Below are positions 54,075 to 64,000 of a stretch of 64,000 nucleotides of DNA, one piece after another. Position 1 is the stretch's first letter; each line of letters starts with the position of its first letter. Under the pieces are notes generated by a model. The model ran no database searches. It saw nothing but the letters and a program-made list of their open reading frames with translations, and was not told where the DNA came from. Position numbers and translations under genes: made by a program. The stretch is from Octopus sinensis (Eukaryota): the NCBI RefSeq assembly GCF_006345805.1, contig NW_021833815.1:1-64000 (forward strand), in the 5' to 3' direction.

Positions 54075-54869
54075 CATGTATACATGTGTGTATGAGTGTG
54101 TGTGCTATGTGTATGTGTGCGTGTGTCTGTATATATATATATGCATGTATGTACGTATTCTTATATATACAAACAAAAACTGATATATTTGATACATTAT
54201 CCTATTAGTCAGTCATGCTAAAATACTTCTATATTTAGTCCGGATAATATGGCCACCTCCGATGAACCGAATCTTAGGACCAGTTTCATTCAGTTCCTGA
54301 TTGTCGCAATGTTATATCGATGCTTCCTTTGGGAGAAATGTCCACCCACCCCACCCACAGCCTTTCTTAATCAATAAGGTTAATCTTCTATTGATAAATA
54401 ATTCCAATAACCAAACTCCAAACCTCTGAGTGTATATATCAATGAAGGAAAGTCTGCTAGGATATAAAATATATATGTAATAGGAAAGTATTGTAGTGGA
54501 CTTCGATTAATGTGTGTGCTTTTGCGTATATATACATATATACATGCACATATGTGTCTGTACGCATGCATATATACGTGTCGGTGTTTTTTATGTATAT
54601 TATATATATATCTATATATCTACCTGTGTGTGTGTGTGTGTATGTATATATACCAGGTAACCTTGTCTTTTTGTCGTATTGATCTACATAGTCCAGCGTA
54701 TCTTTTCCTTATTTTAAGCAAATACTGAAACAAAAATAAAATTGAAAATATGAAAGTGAAACGAAAAAAAAATTGTGAAACGAATTTAAACCTTTAAACA
54801 ATTTATTAAAAAAAATACAAAATTATGATATATTAAAATATGAAATTATATGTAACAATATTGTCACGC

Positions 54870-54965
54870 CAGCGGAAGTTAGTCTAGCGAGAGGAAGTGA
54901 CAAAGAAGTGACTCTAAGTTTAAAATGGCGACAGAAAACCAGTCAGATAAGAGCTGCAGGTTTGG
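54870..54965 (+). promoter_or_regulatory. Candidate promoter or first exon: ETS and YY1-type motifs
   Basis: CGGAAGT (54873), GGAAGTG (54893), AAAATGGCG (54922-54930), then a possible donor CAG|GTTTGG (54959/54960), in non-repetitive sequence. Confidence 0.3.
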
Positions 54966-57467
54966 AGCTTGGATTGTCTTCAAAAATGAACAATATTATC
55001 ATTAAAATACATCAAAATTGGAATTGTCAAGATTTTGCCGGCATTTTAAATAAATTCGTTTAGTGTTTCAATAACACACACGTACACAGACCTTATGATC
55101 AGTTTATCTAACAAATTTTAACCAGACTGAAATAAAAAGATGCAATTTTAAATATTACAATAATTCCATTTACGTTTTTTTAATGAAAATTGTGCGAAAG
55201 ATTGGTCATTCCATGTCTGAAGAAAGTTTACCGAATTTTCATATTTTTTATCTTCTTCGTAATCTTTTTCTCGCTCTCGCTCTCCCCCTCTCTCTGTCTC
55301 TCTTTCTTTCTCTCCACACGTTATTTTTCTTACTTTCTTTTTGGTTTTTGTCGTTTGTAATTTCATGGGATTCTAAACGATAATTCATTTAATTTTATTT
55401 TGATAATCTTTTATGAACCTAATATTTGTATTTGGAGACGTTGCACAACCGTGCTGGCACGGACAGGGGAACGGGGGGCCTCTTGTGTGCACGGAGGAAT
55501 GTGGGGGGGGGGCACGTGAAGAAGAAGAAGAAGCGGTTAGGCAAAGATCGAAAGGAAGGTAGATAGGTAGGTAAGTGGATAGGTAGGTAAGTAAGTTGGT
55601 GTGGGTGGATTGGGAGGTGGGGTTTTGTTGTTTTTCAATCATTATTTCATTGGTGCATTTGTAGAAAGTAAATATTGGGGAAAGCAGATCTGTTTAAAAT
55701 AATAACGGAGAAGGACGGCGAAAAAGAGTTGAGTAAGAAATGAAAGGAAAATATCTTTTAGGAGAGGAGGGGGAAGAGAGAGAGGAACAGAGACAGAGAA
55801 GAGAGAGGGGGACAGAGACAGAGAGAAGAGAGAGACGGACAGAGACAGAGAGAAGAGAGAGAGGGGGACTGAGACAGAGAGAAGAGAGAGAGGGGGACTG
55901 AGACAGAGAGAAGAGAGAGAGGGGGACAGAGATAGAGAGAAGAGAGAGAGAGGGGGGGGACAGAGACAGACAGACTGAAAGAATGGTGTGTAATTTAAAA
56001 ACACAAGACTGGCATTGATTCTTCTGATTGTGCAGATGGACCTAAGAGGAGAAGGTGAGGTAGATGGGGAGCTAGAAGAGGAAGGAGAAGAAGGAAGCTG
56101 GAAAGTAAAGAGAAGGAGAAGATGGAGAAGAAGAAGAAATCAGAAGATGAAGAAGGAAGAATGGTTTGTGACAATACCTAAAACAAACAGACAGACGCAA
56201 AAGGTCCATCTTTATTCTCTGAGAGTTTTCTTTCATTCTGAGAATTCTTAGAATCTCAACAGGCAAAGTTGGAAATGAGTTAGAGGTGGGGGGTAGTGAG
56301 AGTAGATATGATAGAGGGGGTGATAGGAAGAGAAATAGGAGAGCGTGTAATGAGTGGAGGGAGGAGAGAATGAGATGGTGAGGTGTGAGTTAGGAACTGA
56401 AAAGAGGTGGCAAAGAGAAAGGCAGAGGGAGAGGAAGAGAGGAAGATAAGGGGAAAGAAAATTTAAAGAGAGAGAGAGAGAGAGAGAGAGAGTAAAGAAG
56501 GTGTCAAAGGCAGAAAAAGCGTAGGAAAGAGATGAAAATGATGATAGGGTAAAGAGGAGAAAGAGTGGGAAGTGAAGAAATAAAGAGAGAGAGAGAGAAA
56601 GACGTAGAGAAAAAAAAGGGAAAGAGAGAGAGGGAAATAGAGAGCAAAATTTAGAACTGCAGCAGATATGAAAGGTGGGAGAGAACAAGAAACACACACA
56701 CACAAACCAACAAGCACACATGCACATACACAAAATAAATAAATAAATAAATAAATAAATAAGTAAAAAAAAATGTAAAATTGTTTAAAATCTGAGTGAA
56801 ATGATTGGCGATGATTGTCGGCCAAACTGGTAATCCGGTGTCTTTCATATGGCGATCATATCATCATTCTATGTTAATATTTATGATGAACATCAAACAT
56901 GAAGAGTTGCCTCGAAAATTTTCAAACTTAATCTTTACAGGCTTTGTTGATTTTTTTCCAGGAAGTCGAACAATTTTAACACATCGTTTCACACCTCTTA
57001 TTGCACTTGGCCACTAATAACTTCGTAAACTGATTACGTAGATCGTTTATGTGTGAACACACGCACACACACACACATCTATATGTATGTTTGTGTATAT
57101 ATATATATTAGCTGTCATATATGTGCGTGTATAATATAATACATATACATGCACACACATATACACATAAACAAATCATAAATGACATATAAATATGCAT
57201 ATACATACAAACATATGCATTATACACTCACGCGCGCGCGTATTTTATTGTCTGTTTACTGGTTTCAGTCATTGGACTACGACCATGCTGGAACACCACT
57301 TCAGTATATATTTCCTCTACATTGTTATTGTGAAAGGCAGGTCTATCTTTTGACCTAAAGGGATGCAACGCAATGTATCGTTTTACACTGATAAGCACAA
57401 AAATACAAACGCACACACACATGTTTGGGTTTATATATATGCATATATAATAATAATAATAATAATA

Positions 57468-57517
<50 letters not shown>

Positions 57518-57811
57518 GCAACGACAACAACTATAATATAAATAATATATATGCATACATACATATATGTACATACACATGCATAGATGGGTACAGGACA
57601 CCACAGAATATAAACAACATGAAATACGAAAACAACATAATATACGAAACACGAAAACATGGAACGCAAACATTTTGTGCGAACAACGAAAGAAACGAAT
57701 GGAAAACAAGACAAGCAGCAAAAAAAAACGACCCTTCATCAGTTGTCGGCTGTTTTTCAATTTCGTATTTCGATACATATATATGTGCAAATACAAACAT
57801 ATATATATTAA

Positions 57812-57863
<52 letters not shown>

Positions 57864-58429
57864 TTATATATATATTCAAAAGTGTTTTCCAATAAATTTT
57901 TGATAAGCTGCAATATGAAACACTTTCTTAAAGTAAAATTAATAATTATTGTTTTTTAAAATGTTAAACGCACGGGATGACACGAACCTTTTGGAGGGAA
58001 GTTTTTATATTGTGTGTAAGCGCTTTCGTTGTTTAGTTTTCTTCAAACTCACATGTTACTGAGTATAAACTCTACACCAATAACAAAATTTAAACTTCCA
58101 CATCTTTCCTCTAGAGCTGGTATTGTTAATATCTGATATTAATGTCCGACCACGGAGAAAGTCGTTAGACTTGAAATTTTGGTTCTGGTGTAGGGATTAT
58201 ATTTAAACCAAAATGTAAATATACAGCACATTCTGTAAACTATTGTGTTCTTTCTTGCATGACTGGTTTTCTTAGACTTTGAATTAAGACTACGTCATCC
58301 ATCCATTCATACATACATACATACATACATACATACATACATACATACATACATACATACATACATACATACATACATACATGCATACATACATACATAG
58401 ATGCATACGTAAATACAAACGTGCTTGCA

Positions 58430-58990
<561 letters not shown>

Positions 58991-59394
58991 AAGATAAGCT
59001 ACATACATACATACATACATACATACATACATACTACATACATACACGCACACATACATACACACACATATACATACATACATACATACATACATCATAC
59101 ATACATACATACACACACACACACATGCACAGCCCTTCATACAGGCGGACAGGCATCATGCACCGGCGCTCCTGCCGCCACCCTTTGGTTGTCATCTTGA
59201 TGATTCTATTTGATTAATAACCTATTTTCCAGTTTCTCCGAAGTATTTGAGTTGCTGGTTGATATCGTTGATGTCTTCCAAAGTTGGAGAGGATTAAAGA
59301 TTAAAGACAAGATTGTTCACGTGACAAAGCTATTATTGATACTGACCTTCCTAATCTATCGATCTGGTCATGTGTCATCGAAACCAACTCCCAC

Positions 59395-59427
<33 letters not shown>

Positions 59428-59462
59428 GCTCTCACACATTCCTTTCTGCGGCCTGTCTGTTA

Positions 59463-59493
<31 letters not shown>

Positions 59494-59589
59494 AAAATAT
59501 GCTAATCAAGACACATCGAACCATAATTAAAAACGCCATCATGTCTGTCTTTGATGTAAATTATTTTGATTCATCATCAAATGCTTTGT

Positions 59590-59940
59590 AGCTGTTTAGT
59601 TCCCTGATCAGTCCTGATCCAGCAGATTTACGAGTAAGGCGTTCCAACCATGACCATCTTCCTCATAGATGTAAGAACATCATTGTGTGTTTTTTTTCTT
59701 TGTATTTGGAGAGAGATTTCGCTGCTATTTCTAGCTGGTATATTTCTGTTGGATGCTGTTGTTCAGCCCGAGGTCAAACCTGATTCAGCACATCTATGAT
59801 CACAGGTGCTCCAGCCGTGACCAGTATATCTTTGTATGTATAAGAGATTGCATTGTCCCATGCATCATTATTTAAGACACTAGGATGTGATTTGAGGGAG
59901 ATTTGGCTGCTATTTCTAACCCGCTGGGTGACTGGTGAAA
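59590..59940 (-). mobile_element. Two tandem copies of an old AAC-tailed interspersed repeat (family E); further copies at ~620-810, 6150-6350, 23470-23645, 30580-30780, 37520-37700, 53160-53350
   Basis: Shared blocks TGTTGTT(T/C)AGCCC.AGGTCA..CCTGAT..AGCA.A.CTATGATCA.AGG..TTCCAGCC.TGACCA and GAGGGAGATTTGGCTGCTATTTCTA. Confidence 0.75.
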
Positions 59941-61565
59941 TACGATATAGCTGAGCAAGATGTCAATGTGTGATGCTGTGGGACGATGTCTTAAAAAAAG
60001 AATCCCTTCGCACAATGTCTTAGATCTTGACTGAGAATTGCGTAGAACAAGATTTTCTAACAGCACCGAATATTCTTTTGGGGCTGTGGGATCGGAATAC
60101 CAAAGTAGCATTCTCTTAATGCTTGTAATCATTCAATGGCATTTGAAGTCAATGCTGTAAGTTAATGAAACACTCGTTCACGTACACAGTGGTCCTACCT
60201 CTTACATAAACATATCTGTGAAGAGGATTGACCAGCAAAATTTCACTCTTCTTTCCATGGAGGTGATGTCACCACATCGTGTGACAACAGAGTGTGAACT
60301 GTAGATCGTTTGTTCAAAAACATGGACACCATACGAAGACAGAAGCAGACAGGCACTGTGTATGGATTATGCCGAACAGACTCTGTATAAGCGATGCTCC
60401 AGCTGAGACTTGAGAATCTTCTTAATTTCATTAGCAACTTAAACATATTAAAGAGCTGATGAGATGGCGGAGGGGGTGAAACTGGCAATAATAGAATTTT
60501 ATTAAACAAAGTTAAAATATAGTATCTCAGATAATTATATCAATGTACCTGTGACAAAACAGTCACTAATTAAGTGGGCTTCTGCTTAATTGACAACATC
60601 CGGAATACATGAAGTGGTATCGTTGTCGTCAGTGTTGTTGCTGTTGTTGTTGTTGTCGTGAGAGTCTCCGGAAAATAGAGCAGATATTTATGGCAGAAAA
60701 AGAAACAACACAAAAAAACAACAACTTTATTGCAGAATGTAATTATGGAATGTAATCAAGAGGCGACACACAGACACCACCGTCAGAAAGAGAGAGAAAG
60801 ATTTTCCATATAGACAACACCAATAAAGATGACACCCTCAAAGACAGCCCCACCACCACCACCACCACCACACAACTCTACAAGATAATGAATTTTTATA
60901 ATAAACCTGAAACAATTTCTCGATTATCCGTCAGAAGTTTAATTACTTATTACACAGTGTTTTAATTATCAGATGATTATCTGATTGGCTGGCAAACAAT
61001 TGAGATTTAACCCCTTAGATATGCCAATGGCCAGGGACATAATGTGGCCGCTAGTTGACGTTTCCCTTTGGATCTTCCCCAGTTCAGGAGGGCCGTGGAT
61101 CTATACCTGATTCAATTTACCTTTAGTAAGATGTTTGAGGTGGTCGCAGTATGGTGAGTGGGGACCTGTCTAAGGTGCAGGGCTTGGTATGTTTGTAGGG
61201 TAGATGATTGTTGCCCATGCAGGAGTTATCTACTCGCCAGTTCATCGGTGGTGTCCATGAGAAGGGCAAACGGCTGATATGGTTTGGCATGAATGGTCAG
61301 GACGAAGTTAGGCAATGTCTATGTGCTTATGCACCTCAAGGATGCCAACTCCTGACTTAATGTCGATTAAATGGAAACCAGTATATGACTGGTACAGATA
61401 TTTTTGGTATCGACCAGCGAAATAGATAAATGCATATAGAGACACACACATGCAGACATACATACATACATATATATACATACCTACATTATATATATAA
61501 TTGTATATACATACATGTGTACATGTATGTACGTTTGTATACTCACAAACACAAACACATATACA

Positions 61566-61618
<53 letters not shown>

Positions 61619-61914
61619 CATATACATATGCATATATATGTGTGTATGTATAATCTATATATATATATACATACATATATACATATATACATATATATAT
61701 ATATGTTTATATATATATCTATGTATATCTATATAGATATATATATATACACATCCTACCTATATATATATATGTACATACATATATACATACCTATATA
61801 TATATATGTACATACATACATATGTATATATATACCACACACGCGCACAACACACACACACACACAAACACACACACACTCACATTACCCACACACACAC
61901 ACAACACTATATAG

Positions 61915-61960
<46 letters not shown>

Positions 61961-62428
61961 ACACAGTTTGCCTGTAAACCTATCAGTCTGCCATCTGCCA
62001 TGTAGCGAGACAGCTGTTTGCTGTAAGAAGGACTCCTTCATCCTCAGCACATCATTAATTACGTATTTAGTACAAAACAACGCCACCAGATGTCACTCAT
62101 GAGTAACATGGCGATGGCTCGATAGAATTTGCCAGAATTGGCTGTGGGCTTCAGAGAAAGAAAGAAGTAGACAATTTTTTACTTTTTAAAGATCTATATC
62201 AACGATATAATATGCTTTTAATATACTTAGAATATATGAACAGATATGTACGGTATATGTTTATAATTACAATATTTACACCTATATCTGCGGTGTATAT
62301 TGATATGCACAATATATGCAAATGTATCTACTGTGCATCTTTATAATACATGTCCTTTAACCATTCTATTCAGTCTATGTATATACATACATACTTACAT
62401 ATATATGTGTGTATATATATATATATAG

Positions 62429-62470
<42 letters not shown>

Positions 62471-63533
62471 TCTGGTCACTAAACCTTTCACTTGTTTCTG
62501 TTTTCGTATTTTTTTCTTTTCCGTTTATAAGATTCAAATTTACTCGAAAATTTAAATCTTTCAGAGAATTAGTCTAAACTTTGAAAATAACAAACCCTTC
62601 CACTATCAATTTATAAACTATTTCTCCTCTCTCCTCTCTCTCTCTCTCTTATAATAGATATATATATATATATAATATATATATATATATGTATATATAT
62701 ATGTATATATATATATATGTGGGTGGTGGGTGTGTATATATATATGTATATGCATGTATGTATGTATATGGATATATGTGTATGTATATCTATTACGATA
62801 ACAAAACAGCAGGGGAGTATTCATATCAGTTGATGTATAGTTATATCAACACAAATACACACACGCACGTGTGTGTGTGTGGTGTGTGTGTGTGTGTGTG
62901 TGTAAGCAATGCAATACAAATAGATAACTTTCCCTCGAGCTGAGCATTTCCTTGTCTGTTCCAAACAAAGAAATCCAGCTCAACCCAAAACGGCCATTTG
63001 TGACGGTTCCATTGTTTCGATTCGCAGGTGTTGGTTTCTCACTTAATAATTATTCTTCACTGATCCCTTCCTTGCTTGCAACAGCAGAACTGGAAATGTC
63101 AACGTTACATGTCTTTATTGTTCAGAGAGTGATTCCTGTCTGTGTTTTGGCTACTAAAACCGTTCCGTAAGCCAAACCGAAAGTTGTTCTTCGCAACGGT
63201 AATAATTCCATTTGAGAAAAAGTAATAGTTTCTACTGTCAACTTCTCTGTTGGTTTTATGAGCAAGTGTTTATGCTTTGCTATCAGAACTTGATACCATT
63301 CAATGAAGATCTTGTACAAGGTACATAACCACGCCAAATAAATGGGAACAAAATCCTGAAAGAAACAAACAAAATCTGTCATTTTTGCTTGAGAGAATCA
63401 AACTGAACGAGAGAGAGAGAGAGAGAGAGCATTATAGCGGTAAAATGACACGGGTTCCCAAGTGTGCTACAATAACATCATAAATCTATAATAGGTTTCA
63501 TAATGTTCCCTCCTTCTATCTGTCTATCTACCA

Positions 63534-63624
<91 letters not shown>

Positions 63625-63864
63625 AATCTATCTGTTTGTCTGCCTGTCTATCTATCTATCTCGCTAGGTAGCTATCTCTCTCTCTGTATATATACACATA
63701 CACACACACGCACACACATATATATATACACACATAGATCTATTTGTCTACAAATCAATTATCTATCTGTCTCACTATCTAGCCATCAGTCTATCTGTTT
63801 ATATTTATCGATCTATCAATGTATCTGTCTGTCTGTTGTATTTCAGTCTACCTACCTATCTATT

Positions 63865-63906
<42 letters not shown>

Positions 63907-64000
63907 GCCTGTCTGTCTGTCTGTCAATCTATCCACCTATATATCTATCAATCTATATATAAAGCCTGTCTACCTACCCACCTAACTATTTGTCTATCTA

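Noticed and set aside
56999-57017. miR-92-like TATTGCACTTG
   Set aside because: Seed-region match only, with no hairpin.

Overview
This is AT-rich eukaryotic DNA saturated with microsatellites and looks intronic or intergenic. The repeat landscape (tRNA-headed SINE families, very dense (TA)n/(CA)n/(GATA)n/(TACA)n/(TAA)n arrays) strongly suggests an octopus or other coleoid cephalopod; this is inferred, not verified by search. I found no intact protein-coding gene, and nearly all listed ORFs are translations of microsatellites. Supported features: (1) a full-length but dead ~1.28 kb Tc1/mariner element (41961-43235) whose catalytic spacing reads as DD36E; (2) 3' fragments of three non-LTR clades (CR1-like, Dong/R4-like, L1/Tx1-like); (3) a non-autonomous Helitron inside a (GATA)n array; (4) a Penelope-type remnant carrying a minimal hammerhead ribozyme motif (21467-21501); (5) many SINE copies, including a TSD-bounded dimer nested in an older SINE; (6) several long fold-back elements, a hAT-type MITE, minisatellites and a microsatellite-bounded 380-bp tandem duplication. 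Weak candidates for host function are an ETS/YY1 promoter-like cluster (~54870-54965) and a possible minus-strand terminal exon (63114-63355). I cannot support a wholly new biological system. The best leads are the hammerhead element, the DD36E transposon, a shared SINE/Tx1 3' tail, and the repeated pairing of particular elements with particular microsatellites.
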